39,846 nucleotides of DNA from Rhodoferax sp. OV413 (GTDB taxonomy: Bacteria > Pseudomonadota > Gammaproteobacteria > Burkholderiales > Burkholderiaceae_C), in contig CAMATS010000001.1 in assembly GCA_945861195.1 (NCBI GenBank), forward strand, positions 1 to 39,846. Direction: 5' to 3'. Below are positions 1 to 13,146 of the stretch, one piece after another. A model generated the notes under the pieces. It worked only from the letters and a program-made list of their open reading frames with translations. It made no database searches and was not told the DNA's origin. The number at the start of each line of letters is the position of its first letter. Position 1 is the stretch's first letter. The translations under genes and the position numbers were made by a program.

Positions 1-4214
<4,214 letters not shown>

Positions 4215-4224
4215 AAGCGTGCGC

Positions 4225-4926
4225 ATGAGCCAACCGTCCTATCAAGAGCGCCGCGGTCAAATTGAAACCTACTTTGACCGCACCGCGGTGCAGGCTTGGG
4301 CGCGTCTCACCTCGGATGCGCCGCTGGGCCGTATCCGGGCCACCGTGCGGGCCGGGCGGGACCAGATGCGGGCCAAACTGTTGTCCTGGTTGCCCCATGA
4401 TTTGAGCGGTCAACGCCTGCTAGACGCGGGCTGCGGCACCGGCGCCCTGGCGGTCGAGGCAGCCCGGCGTGGCGCTGACGTGGTGGCCATCGACCTGTCG
4501 CCCAAGCTGATCGAACTCGCACGCGAGCGCCTGGGGCAGGTGCCAGGCGGCGGCCGTGTTGAATTCCTCAGCGGCGACATGCTCGACCCTGCGCTGGGCC
4601 GGTTTGACCATGTGGTGGCGATGGATTCGGTGATTCACTACCGTACCGAAGATGCGGTGGCGGCGCTCTCGCTCCTCGCCCAGCGCACCACTGGCTCCAT
4701 CCTGTTCACCTTTGCCCCGAGCACGCCCCTGCTTGCCGCCATGATCAGGCTTGGCCGCCTGCTCCCGCGCAGCGACCGCGCGCCCTGGCTGGAGCCCATG
4801 GCAGAAAAAACCCTGACTCGTTTGATGCAGCAGGACCCGGTGTTGTCGGCCTGGACAGGCGGGCGCACCGAGCGGGTCTCGAGCGGCTTTTACAAGTCGC
4901 AGGCCATGGAGTGGAGCAGGCAATGA
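4225..4926 (+). CDS. bchM: Magnesium protoporphyrin IX O-methyltransferase
   Basis: YFDRTA...W..LTSD N-terminus, SAM motif LDAGCGTG, VAMDSVIHY, GFYKSQA. Start placed at ATG 4225 (MSQPSY). Confidence 0.95.
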   Translation: MSQPSYQERRGQIETYFDRTAVQAWARLTSDAPLGRIRATVRAGRDQMRAKLLSWLPHDLSGQRLLDAGCGTGALAVEAARRGADVVAIDLSPKLIELARERLGQVPGGGRVEFLSGDMLDPALGRFDHVVAMDSVIHYRTEDAVAALSLLAQRTTGSILFTFAPSTPLLAAMIRLGRLLPRSDRAPWLEPMAEKTLTRLMQQDPVLSAWTGGRTERVSSGFYKSQAMEWSRQ

Positions 4927-6362
4927 CCATTCGGACTGTTGGGCAGTGGGCGCGTCGCCTGCCGATGAATTACCTGCCGTTTGCAGACGTGGCAAGCGCC
5001 GACCTGCCGATGGGCAGGCTGATGCGGCTGTCCCTGTTCAAGTTCACCATGGGCATCACCACTGCCTTGATGATTGGCACCCTCAACCGGGTCATGATTG
5101 TCGAGTTGAGCGTGGCCGCCTGGCTGGTGGCCCTGATGTTGGCACTGCCCATGTTGGTGGCACCCTTCAGGGCGATCACCGGTTACCAATCCGACACCCA
5201 CCGCTCGGCTTTCGGCTGGCGCCGGGTGCCCTATATGTGGGGCGGCACGCTGATTCAGTTTTTCGGTTTGGCCATCATGCCGTTTGCACTGCTTGTTTTG
5301 TCAGGCCAGGGCCAGGTGCCGGTGCCCGACTGGTTTGGTCAGGCGGCCGCTGCGCTGGCCTTTTTGATGGTCGGCGCCGGACTGCAAACCTCGCAAACAG
5401 CGGGCCTGGCACTTGCCACAGACCAGGCCAGCGCCGAGACCAGGCCACGGGTGGTCGCCTTGATGTATGTCATGCTCTTGCTCGGCGCGGTCGGCGGTAG
5501 CATGGCTTTTAGCTGGCTGCTGGCCGATTTCAGCCCCAAGCGCTTGGTTCAGGTGGTGCAGGGTACGGCGATGGTGGTCTTGCTGCTCAACTCGGTAGCG
5601 CTTTGGAAACAAGAGGCCCGTAACCCGGCCAGGGCGGCGGCCATGAAGACTGAGCAACACCTGCCGTTTCGCCTGGTTTGGCAGCGCTTCATTGCCAACC
5701 GGCAGGCCAAGCGGTTCTTGTGGGCCACCGGCTTGGGCACCATGGCCTTCAATATGCAGGATGTGGTTCTGGAGCCCTATGGCGGAGAAATCATGCACCT
5801 CAGCGTGGGCGCCACCAGCGCCCTGACGGCTTTGTTGGCGGGTGGCGCCATGGCCGGTTTTTTATTGGCTGCGCGCGTGCTCGCACGGGGCGCCGACCCC
5901 TTGCGCCTCGCGGCCTACGGCGTTTTGGCTGGCCTGCCCGCTTTTTCTGCGGTGATTTTTGCCGCCCCGCTGCAAGCCGACGACCTGTTTCGCTTAGGTG
6001 CGCTGGGCATCGGTTTTGGTGGCGGCCTGTTCGCTGTTGGCACGCTGTATGCAGCCATGCGCATGGAAGACGGCGGCTTTGTGGGGCTTGCGCTGGGCGC
6101 CTGGGGCGCAGTGCAATCCGTCGCCGCTGGTCTGGCCATGTTTTTGGGCGGCGCCCTGCGTGACCTGGTCTCGGGCTTGGCTGCCGAGGGCGCACTCGGA
6201 GCCGCCTTGGTAGACCCGGCCACTGGTTACAGCTTCGTCTACCATGTTGAGATGTATCTGTTGTTTGTTACCCTGATTGTTATCGGCCCGCTGGTCAAGC
6301 GGGTTGCTCTACCTGTTCCCCCCCCAACCGAACGGACCGGCCTAGCCGATCTGAGCGGTTGA
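4923..6362 (+). CDS. lhaA: PucC/LhaA-family (BCD) MFS protein for LH1 assembly
   Basis: LPFADVAS.DLP..RL.RLSLF, GTLNRVMIVEL and QDVVLEPYGG motifs; many TM segments. Sits between bchM and puhA. ATG 4923 overlaps the bchM stop. Confidence 0.92.
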   Translation: MTIRTVGQWARRLPMNYLPFADVASADLPMGRLMRLSLFKFTMGITTALMIGTLNRVMIVELSVAAWLVALMLALPMLVAPFRAITGYQSDTHRSAFGWRRVPYMWGGTLIQFFGLAIMPFALLVLSGQGQVPVPDWFGQAAAALAFLMVGAGLQTSQTAGLALATDQASAETRPRVVALMYVMLLLGAVGGSMAFSWLLADFSPKRLVQVVQGTAMVVLLLNSVALWKQEARNPARAAAMKTEQHLPFRLVWQRFIANRQAKRFLWATGLGTMAFNMQDVVLEPYGGEIMHLSVGATSALTALLAGGAMAGFLLAARVLARGADPLRLAAYGVLAGLPAFSAVIFAAPLQADDLFRLGALGIGFGGGLFAVGTLYAAMRMEDGGFVGLALGAWGAVQSVAAGLAMFLGGALRDLVSGLAAEGALGAALVDPATGYSFVYHVEMYLLFVTLIVIGPLVKRVALPVPPPTERTGLADLSG

Positions 6363-6391
6363 ATTTTTCTCGACCCTGAAGGAGAACCACC

Positions 6392-7156
6392 ATGCAAATC
6401 GGCGCCATTACTGGCTATATAGACTTGGCCCAGATCATCTTGTACATGTTCTGGATATTTTTCGCTGGCATTATTTTTTACCTTGTCCGTGAAGGTCATC
6501 GTGAGGGCTACCCCATGGAGACCGATGGCGGCGGCACTGCGCCAGTCACCGGTTGGCCCATTCCCTCGCCCAAAACATACAAGCTGGCCAATGGGCACGA
6601 GGTGACCGTGCCAGACCTGAAGCGGGGTGAGCCACCGATCAATTTGCGCCGTACCGGAGCCGGCCCTGACTGGCCCTATGTGCCCACTAACAACGGCATG
6701 ACCGATGCCGTCGGCCCGGGCGCTTATTCCTTGCGTGCTGACCGGCCTGATATGGATGTGCATGGCCAGCCCACGATTCGGCCGCTGCGGGTGCTCAAGG
6801 GCTACGATGTGTCAAAACACGACTCTGATCCCCGTGGCATGAATGTGGTGGGCGCCGATGGCAAAGTGGGCGGCAAGGTAGTCGACCTGTGGATCGATAC
6901 CTGCGAGATGATGTTCCGCTACCTCGAAGTGCAAACCGCAGGGGCCCAATCACGCCGGGTTTTGTTGCCCATGCCGTTCTGCCGGGTGGGTGATAAAACT
7001 GTGGCGGTGCAAAGCATTCACGGCGTCCATTTTGCACAGGTGCCAACTACCCGCAGCGCCGACCAAGTGACACTGCTCGAGGAAGACAAAATATCGGCCT
7101 TTTATGGTGCCGGCACCCTGTATGCCGACCCAAGCCGAGCGGAGCCTATTCTGTGA
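6392..7156 (+). CDS. puhA: Photosynthetic reaction centre H subunit
   Basis: GAITGYIDLAQ..LY.FW, REGYP, PRC-barrel DPRGMNVVGADG, C-terminal TLLEEDKISAFYGAG. GAAGGAG RBS. Confidence 0.97.
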   Translation: MQIGAITGYIDLAQIILYMFWIFFAGIIFYLVREGHREGYPMETDGGGTAPVTGWPIPSPKTYKLANGHEVTVPDLKRGEPPINLRRTGAGPDWPYVPTNNGMTDAVGPGAYSLRADRPDMDVHGQPTIRPLRVLKGYDVSKHDSDPRGMNVVGADGKVGGKVVDLWIDTCEMMFRYLEVQTAGAQSRRVLLPMPFCRVGDKTVAVQSIHGVHFAQVPTTRSADQVTLLEEDKISAFYGAGTLYADPSRAEPIL

Positions 7157-7827
7157 CACAAGCCATCTCAGGCCACGAGCACGAGTTCGAGCCTGAATTC
7201 GGTCTGCCCGAGGCCCTGCCCAGCGGCGAGCGCATCCTCTGGCAGGGCGCGCCTGACTTTCGGGCCATGGCAGTCCAGGTGTTTCACCTGCGCAAACTGG
7301 GCCTGTACTTTTTGCTGCTGCTGCTGCTGCGGGCAAGCTATCTGTACAGCACCGGCTTGGCGCCGCTTGAGCTTTTGCCTGCCATGATTTGGCCGCTGGC
7401 CTTGGCCTTGGTCGGTTTTGGTGCGGTCGCCAGCCTGGCCTGGCTGACTGTCAAGACCACCGCCTACACCCTGACTGACCGCCGTGTGGTCATGCGCATC
7501 GGCATTGTCTTGACCTTGAGTTTCAACCTGCCTTTGGGTCGCATAGAGACCGCCGACCTGCGACTCGACCGCCAGGGTTGCGGCGATATACCGTTGCGGC
7601 TCAGCCAGGGCGACAAAATTGCCTGGCTGCACCTGTGGCCCCATGTGCGCCCTTGGCGCGTGGCGCAACCCGAGCCAACGCTGCGTTGTATACCGGATGC
7701 GCGCAAAGTGGCCGGTTTGCTGGCCAAAGCCTGGGCCGAGCTGACCAACAACCCGCCGCCCAACAGCCTGCCCGTGGCGAGCGCGCAGGGTGATGGCCGA
7801 CCCCAGTGGCAAGCGAGCCTGACATGA
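7153..7827 (+). CDS. puhB: Photosynthetic complex assembly protein PuhB
   Basis: HEHEFEP..GLPE.LP.GE.ILWQG.P, YTLTDRRVVMRIG and LWPHVRPW motifs. Follows puhA. Confidence 0.92.
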   Translation: MTQAISGHEHEFEPEFGLPEALPSGERILWQGAPDFRAMAVQVFHLRKLGLYFLLLLLLRASYLYSTGLAPLELLPAMIWPLALALVGFGAVASLAWLTVKTTAYTLTDRRVVMRIGIVLTLSFNLPLGRIETADLRLDRQGCGDIPLRLSQGDKIAWLHLWPHVRPWRVAQPEPTLRCIPDARKVAGLLAKAWAELTNNPPPNSLPVASAQGDGRPQWQASLT

Positions 7828-8291
7828 TTCCCCAGCCCTCGCCGCCCCCAGTGATCAGGCCAGACACCTTCCCGCAGTGGGTGCTGCTGACGGCCGGCGG
7901 CATCCTGGCCTTCTCGCTGATCAGCGTGGCATTGGTGCGCATCACCGGCAACGGCCCGGACCAATTGGCTGCTGCGGTCACCGCAGAGCGCAGCCTGCGC
8001 TTTGAAGACCGGGCCGACGGTGGTATTTCCGTGATTGACGGCCAAAGCGCGGAACTCTTAACCACCGTGCACGGTGAGCAGGGGTTTTTGCGCGGCGCAG
8101 TGCGTACTTTGGCGCGGGAGCGGCGCAGCCGGCAACTTGGCCCCGAGCAACCGTTTCAATTGATCGCCCGTGCTGACGGCCGGCTAACCCTGTTTGACCC
8201 AGCCACCGGTCAGCGGGTTGAGCTGGAGGCCTTTGGGCCGAGCAATGCCGGTGTGTTCAGCCCATTTCTCGCCATGAAACCGGCAAATTAG
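7824..8291 (+). CDS. puhC: Photosynthetic complex assembly protein PuhC
   Basis: One N-terminal TM helix, [33 protein letters not shown] motifs. ATG 7824 overlaps the puhB stop. Confidence 0.9.
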   Translation: MIPQPSPPPVIRPDTFPQWVLLTAGGILAFSLISVALVRITGNGPDQLAAAVTAERSLRFEDRADGGISVIDGQSAELLTTVHGEQGFLRGAVRTLARERRSRQLGPEQPFQLIARADGRLTLFDPATGQRVELEAFGPSNAGVFSPFLAMKPAN

Positions 8292-8313
8292 TTCGCCAGA
8301 CAAACAGGAAGAC

Positions 8314-9393
8314 ATGATGCAAGCCAGCGCACCCACCGAAACCGTTGAAACCGTTGCCCTCAAGGCCAAAGAAAACACGCTGCTGAGCCCCCGTTTCTAC
8401 ACCACCGATTTTGAGGCCATGAACCGGCTCGACGTCTCGCCCCTGCGTGCGCAATGGGACGCCATGTTGGCCGAGTACGAGGGCGACAACAACCATGACC
8501 ACTTCCAGCGCACCCCTGAGTTCGCGGTCGAGGTCGCGGAAACCTTCTCCAAAGTGTCCCCTGAGCTCAGGCAGGAGTTCCTTGATTTCCTGATCAGTTC
8601 GCTGACCTCTGAATTTTCTGGTTGCATCCTCTACAACGAAATCCACAAAAATGTGGACAACCCGGATATCAAGGCGCTGATGCGCTACATGGCCCGGGAC
8701 GAGTCGCGCCATGCGAGCTTTATCAACCAGTCGCTGAAAGATTTTGGCCTGGGCATTGACATGGGCGACCTCAAGCGCACCAAGGCCTACACCTATTTCA
8801 AGCCAAAATATATTTTTTATGCGACCTACCTGTCGGAAAAAATCGGTTACGCCCGCTACATCACAATTTTTCGCCAGCTCGAGCGCCATCCTGAGAAACG
8901 TTTCCACCCGATTTTTCGCTGGTTCGAGCGTTGGTGTAACGACGAGTTCCGGCACGGCGAATCGTTTGCCCTGATCATGCGCGCCCACCCCGAGCTTCTG
9001 CGTGGTGCAAACACCCTTTGGATCCGCTTCTTTTTGCTCGCCGTGTATGCCACCATGTATGTCCGAGATCACACCCGTCCACAGCTCAAGGCGGCCATGG
9101 GGCTGGCGCCAACCGCCTACGACTACGAGGTGTTCCGCATCACCAACGAAATTACCCGCCAGGTGTTCCCGATTTCTCTGGATATCGACCACCCCGCTTT
9201 CCGCGCTGGTCTGGATCGCCTGTTTTGCATACAAACCGCGATGAGCGCTGCCAAGGCCCGCGGTGGTGTGGTCGGGCTGCTCAAGCAGGCTGGCCTGGCC
9301 GCTCAAGGCCTGCTGACCTTTGTGCGGCTTTACCTGCTGCCAGTCAGGCGCCACGAGCTTCCTACGCAGGTGCGCGTGGCACCGGTGTGGTGA
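8314..9393 (+). CDS. acsF: Aerobic Mg-protoporphyrin IX monomethyl ester oxidative cyclase
   Basis: [40 protein letters not shown] and [10 protein letters not shown] di-iron motifs. Confidence 0.97.
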   Translation: MMQASAPTETVETVALKAKENTLLSPRFYTTDFEAMNRLDVSPLRAQWDAMLAEYEGDNNHDHFQRTPEFAVEVAETFSKVSPELRQEFLDFLISSLTSEFSGCILYNEIHKNVDNPDIKALMRYMARDESRHASFINQSLKDFGLGIDMGDLKRTKAYTYFKPKYIFYATYLSEKIGYARYITIFRQLERHPEKRFHPIFRWFERWCNDEFRHGESFALIMRAHPELLRGANTLWIRFFLLAVYATMYVRDHTRPQLKAAMGLAPTAYDYEVFRITNEITRQVFPISLDIDHPAFRAGLDRLFCIQTAMSAAKARGGVVGLLKQAGLAAQGLLTFVRLYLLPVRRHELPTQVRVAPVW

Positions 9394-9435
9394 ATTGACT
9401 GCTGCCGAGTTGCCAGAGCCCACCGAGACCCTGCC

Positions 9436-10215
9436 ATGTTAGACCTGCTCGCTCCCCTGCTGTTTGCAGTGTTCATCTGGTGGTTTTCCACCGGCCTGGT
9501 GCTGCTGCTGGACGGCCTGCCGCGCACCACATTTCGCTGGAGTGTGCTGATTTCTTCCGGATTGGCCATTGGCGCATTCTTTGGGCTGGCGCATACCGCG
9601 AACCAAGCCAGTGGCATGGCTGCCTACTGCAGCTTTACCTGCGCGCTGCTGGTCTGGGGCTGGCACGAACTGACCTTTCTCACCGGCTGGCTGACCGGCC
9701 CACGCAAGCAGGCGAGTGCGCCTGACTGCTCCCGGCGCGACCGATTTTTTCAGGCCATCGCCGCGATTCTGTGGCATGAGTTGGCGATTGCTGCTTCAGG
9801 CCTGCTGATCATCGCCATCACCTGGAATGCGCCAAACCAGGTGGGCACCTGGACCTTTGCAGTTTTGTGGGTGATGCGCACCAGTGCCAAGCTGAACCTG
9901 TTTCTGGGCGTGCGCAACCTGAGCGAGGAATTTCTGCCGCCCCACCTGGCCTACATGCAAAGTTTTTTTCGCCGCCGCAACATGAACCCGTTGTTTCCTT
10001 TTTCTGTGGCGGCGTCCAGCGCGCTGCTGGCCTGGCTGATGGCGCAGGCCTTGCAAACCGGACTGCCTAGTGCACAGATGACTGGTCTGCTATTGGTCGC
10101 CAGCATCCTGTTTCTGGCCATTGTTGAGCATTTTTTGATGGTCTTGCCCATGCCCTCAACTGCCCTGTGGCGCTGGGCCCTGCGCCAGCGCGCCAGCCCC
10201 AACCCATCAATCTGA
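9436..10215 (+). CDS. puhE: Photosynthetic complex assembly protein PuhE (DUF3623)
   Basis: WWFSTG, WGWHE..FLTG..TGP, SAKLNLFLGV and LAIVEH motifs. Follows acsF. Confidence 0.9.
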   Translation: MLDLLAPLLFAVFIWWFSTGLVLLLDGLPRTTFRWSVLISSGLAIGAFFGLAHTANQASGMAAYCSFTCALLVWGWHELTFLTGWLTGPRKQASAPDCSRRDRFFQAIAAILWHELAIAASGLLIIAITWNAPNQVGTWTFAVLWVMRTSAKLNLFLGVRNLSEEFLPPHLAYMQSFFRRRNMNPLFPFSVAASSALLAWLMAQALQTGLPSAQMTGLLLVASILFLAIVEHFLMVLPMPSTALWRWALRQRASPNPSI

Positions 10216-10233
10216 TTGCTCACAGTTAAGCCC

Positions 10234-11799
10234 ATGCGAACCTCTTTCACCGGCATGGATCCCGCGGCCTTATTGCCCGCGAGTTCGGGCAGCGTGGCCG
10301 GGCCCAGCCATGTGCCTTTGGCCTTGGTGGTTGGTGCGGGCTTTGGCGGCCTGGCAGCGGCAATTCGCCTGAGTGCCATGGGCTACCGGGTGCAGGTGCT
10401 GGAAAAGCTCGACGGCCCTGGCGGGCGGGCCTATGTCAGACGCCAGGACGGCTTTACCTTTGACGGCGGGCCAACCATCATCACCGTGCCTTTTTTGTTT
10501 GAGGAGCTCTGGGGGCTGTGTGGGCGCAAGCTCTCGGACGATATCGATCTGCGCCTGATGGACCCCTTTTACCGGGTTCGGTTTGATGACGGAACCCATT
10601 TCGATTACAGCGGTGACCCCGAGCGCATGCGCGCCGAGGTAGCCCGGGTCAGCCCGGACGATGTGGCGGGCTTTGATAAATTCGTGGCTGAGGCTGATCT
10701 TTGCTACCAACTCGGTTTCGAGGCCCTGGGCTGCAAGGCGTTTGACAGTATTTTTGATTTGCTTGCAGCCCTGCCCTCCATGGCTCGTATGCGGGCTTGG
10801 CGCACCATGCACGGCTTGGTGGCGAGCTACTTCAAGCATCCCAAATTGCGCATGGCCATGAGCCTGCAAACCCTGCTGATTGGCGGCAATCCGTTCTCGG
10901 TGACGGGCGTTTACAGCCTGATCAACGCCCTGGAGCGGCGCTACGGGGTTTACTCGGCCATGGGCGGCACCGGAGCCATCGTGCAAGGCATGGTCAATTT
11001 GTTGCAAGCACGCGGCGTGCCCCTGCGCTGCAATGCCGAGGTCAAGCGCATCATGGTTGAAGACGGTCGAGCCACCGGTGTGCAACTCGCCACTGGCGAG
11101 CAATTGAGCGCCGACATCGTGGTCTGCAACAGCGACACCGCATGGACTTACCGCAACCTGGTGGCCCCTGAGCACCGGCGGCACTGGACCGACCAGCGCA
11201 TAGAGCGTGGCCGCTACTCCATGAGTTTGTTCGTTTGGTACTTTGGTACCGACCGGCAGTACACCGATGTTCCCCACCACACCATGGTGCTGGGCCCGCG
11301 CTACGAAGGCTTGCTCACCGATATTTTTCGGCACCACCGCCTGGCCGACGATTTCAGCCTCTACCTGCATCGCCCGAGCGCCACCGACCCCTCGGTGGCA
11401 CCAAGTGGCTGTGACACTTTTTATGTGCTCTCCCCGGTGCCCCATCTGCAAAGTGGGACCGATTGGGCGCAGCAGGCCGAGCCCTACCGCCAGGCGGTTT
11501 GTCGGCGCCTGGAGGAAACCCTGCTGCCTGGTTTGAGCCAGCATGTGATCAGCTCGCATGTCATGACGCCGCAAAACTTCCAGGACGATTTGCTGTCTTT
11601 CAAGGGGGCGGCCTTTGGGCTGGAGCCTTTGCTCTTGCAAAGTGCCTGGTTCAGGCCGCACAACCGCAGCGAGGATGTGGAAAACCTTTTTATGGTGGGT
11701 GCCAGCACCCACCCGGGCGCGGGCGTGCCCGGCGTACTGATGTCGGCCAAGGCACTGCAAACCGTGGTGCCACAACTCCATGGGAGCAAACATGTTTGA
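10234..11799 (+). CDS. crtI: Phytoene desaturase
   Basis: FAD motif VVGAGFGGLAAAIRL, GFTFDGGPTIITVP, C-terminal VGASTHPGAGVPGV. Precedes crtB. Start may be 10234 or 10255. Confidence 0.93.
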   Translation: MRTSFTGMDPAALLPASSGSVAGPSHVPLALVVGAGFGGLAAAIRLSAMGYRVQVLEKLDGPGGRAYVRRQDGFTFDGGPTIITVPFLFEELWGLCGRKLSDDIDLRLMDPFYRVRFDDGTHFDYSGDPERMRAEVARVSPDDVAGFDKFVAEADLCYQLGFEALGCKAFDSIFDLLAALPSMARMRAWRTMHGLVASYFKHPKLRMAMSLQTLLIGGNPFSVTGVYSLINALERRYGVYSAMGGTGAIVQGMVNLLQARGVPLRCNAEVKRIMVEDGRATGVQLATGEQLSADIVVCNSDTAWTYRNLVAPEHRRHWTDQRIERGRYSMSLFVWYFGTDRQYTDVPHHTMVLGPRYEGLLTDIFRHHRLADDFSLYLHRPSATDPSVAPSGCDTFYVLSPVPHLQSGTDWAQQAEPYRQAVCRRLEETLLPGLSQHVISSHVMTPQNFQDDLLSFKGAAFGLEPLLLQSAWFRPHNRSEDVENLFMVGASTHPGAGVPGVLMSAKALQTVVPQLHGSKHV

Positions 11800-12862
11800 G
11801 TCGAATGCCAGCACCGACCACCAGGCCTGCCAGGCCTTGATGCGTGGCGGCTCCAAAACCTTTTTTGCCGCCTCCAGACTGCTGCCGCAGCGGGTGCGCG
11901 GGCCCGCGATTGCCCTGTATGCCTTTTGCCGGGTCGCAGACGATGCCATTGACCTCAGCGAAGACCGCAACGCCGCCCTGGCGGGCTTGCATGACCGCCT
12001 GAAATGCATTTATGCCGGCCGGCCTCAGGCCTATGAGAGCGACCGTGCACTGGCGGCAGTGGTCCGCAAATTTTCTCTACCCTTGCCGCTTTTGACCGCC
12101 CTGCTGGAGGGTTTTCAATGGGACGCCGAAGGTCGCCGCTACGAAACCATAGAAGACCTGCAGGCCTACGGGGCGCGGGTGGCGGGCAGTGTTGGCGCCA
12201 TGATGGCCGTCATCATGCGCACCCGCAGCGAGGCAGCGTTGGCGCGGGCCTGTGATCTTGGCGTGGCCATGCAACTCACCAACATTGCGCGCGATGTCGG
12301 CGAAGACGCCCGGTTTGGCCGCCTCTACCTGCCCATGCAGTGGATGCGGGAGGCTGGGCTTGAGCCGCAGAGCTGGCTGCAGCAACCGGTGTTTGATGAG
12401 CGCCTGGCCCAGGTGGTGCGGCGCCTGCTGGCAGCGGCCGACCAACTCTATGAGCGGGCCGAACTCGGCATCGCCGCGCTGCCCCGAGATTGCCGGCCCG
12501 CTATCCGCGCCGCCGGTTTGGTGTACGCCGAAATCGGCCGTGAACTCGAGCGTGCCGGGCTTGATTCTGTGAACCGCCGCGCCGTGGTGGCGGGTTCGCG
12601 AAAATTGTGGCTGGTGTTGCGCGCCGGCAGCGCGGTGTGGTCCTCCAGCGCAGCCAGCCAGACGCAACTCCCGCCGCTCGAAGCAAACCGTTTTCTGGTG
12701 CGCGCAGCCGTGGAGCCACAGGGTGCTCAAGGCCGCTGCGCGCCCCGCCGGACCCTGGCTCAGCGTGCCCAATGGTCAGCAGAATTGTTCGAGCGCCTGT
12801 CCGTGCGCGACCAGCAGCGGGCTTTTGCCCAAGTGCGTCGTCACCTGCCTCTGGGGCAATGA
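11792..12862 (+). CDS. crtB: Phytoene synthase
   Basis: GSKTFFAAS, YAFCRVADDAID and AMQLTNIARDVGED motifs. GGGAG RBS before ATG 11792. Confidence 0.95.
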   Translation: MFESNASTDHQACQALMRGGSKTFFAASRLLPQRVRGPAIALYAFCRVADDAIDLSEDRNAALAGLHDRLKCIYAGRPQAYESDRALAAVVRKFSLPLPLLTALLEGFQWDAEGRRYETIEDLQAYGARVAGSVGAMMAVIMRTRSEAALARACDLGVAMQLTNIARDVGEDARFGRLYLPMQWMREAGLEPQSWLQQPVFDERLAQVVRRLLAAADQLYERAELGIAALPRDCRPAIRAAGLVYAEIGRELERAGLDSVNRRAVVAGSRKLWLVLRAGSAVWSSSAASQTQLPPLEANRFLVRAAVEPQGAQGRCAPRRTLAQRAQWSAELFERLSVRDQQRAFAQVRRHLPLGQ

Positions 12863-13014
12863 GCGAATTCAATGTCTTGATTGCCGTCAAGGTGATCGGC
12901 CTGCTGGCGGCCGGCGGGCTGTTTGTGTGGTGGCAGTTGCGCGATGTGGCCAAGGCACGCCGGCAGTCGGTTGCCAAAGCCCTGGCCAAAGCAGCAGAAA
13001 AAGCGCCAGATTAA
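12859..13014 (+). CDS. Small single-pass membrane protein, 51 aa (MSEFNVLIAVKVIGLLAAGGLFVWWQLRDVAKARRQ...)
   Basis: ATG overlaps the crtB stop (ATGA). One hydrophobic helix followed by a basic tail. No family recognised. Confidence 0.55.
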   Translation: MSEFNVLIAVKVIGLLAAGGLFVWWQLRDVAKARRQSVAKALAKAAEKAPD

Positions 13015-13120
13015 AACGCCGGCCCCTTTGGGTGCGTAGTGGTGTGGGTGTGCGTGGGTGCGTGTATGGGTAGTGCCCGGCTTGGTTTGATCGGTTCGCA
13101 GTTCAGGCCAAGGCGCGCAG

Positions 13121-13142
13121 GCAGGCCAACAAAAGGGCCTGC
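13121..13142. terminator. Stem-loop between convergent operons
   Basis: GCAGGCC-8 nt loop-GGCCTGC, 4 nt past the SDR stop. The U-tract is weak. Confidence 0.4.
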
Positions 13143-13146
13143 AAAC

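Noticed and set aside
10270-12009. 579-aa antisense ORF over crtI, and similar long antisense ORFs (8257-9423, 22264-23343, 30860-31810)
   Set aside because: Shadow ORFs expected from high-GC codon bias opposite well-supported genes; no recognisable motifs.
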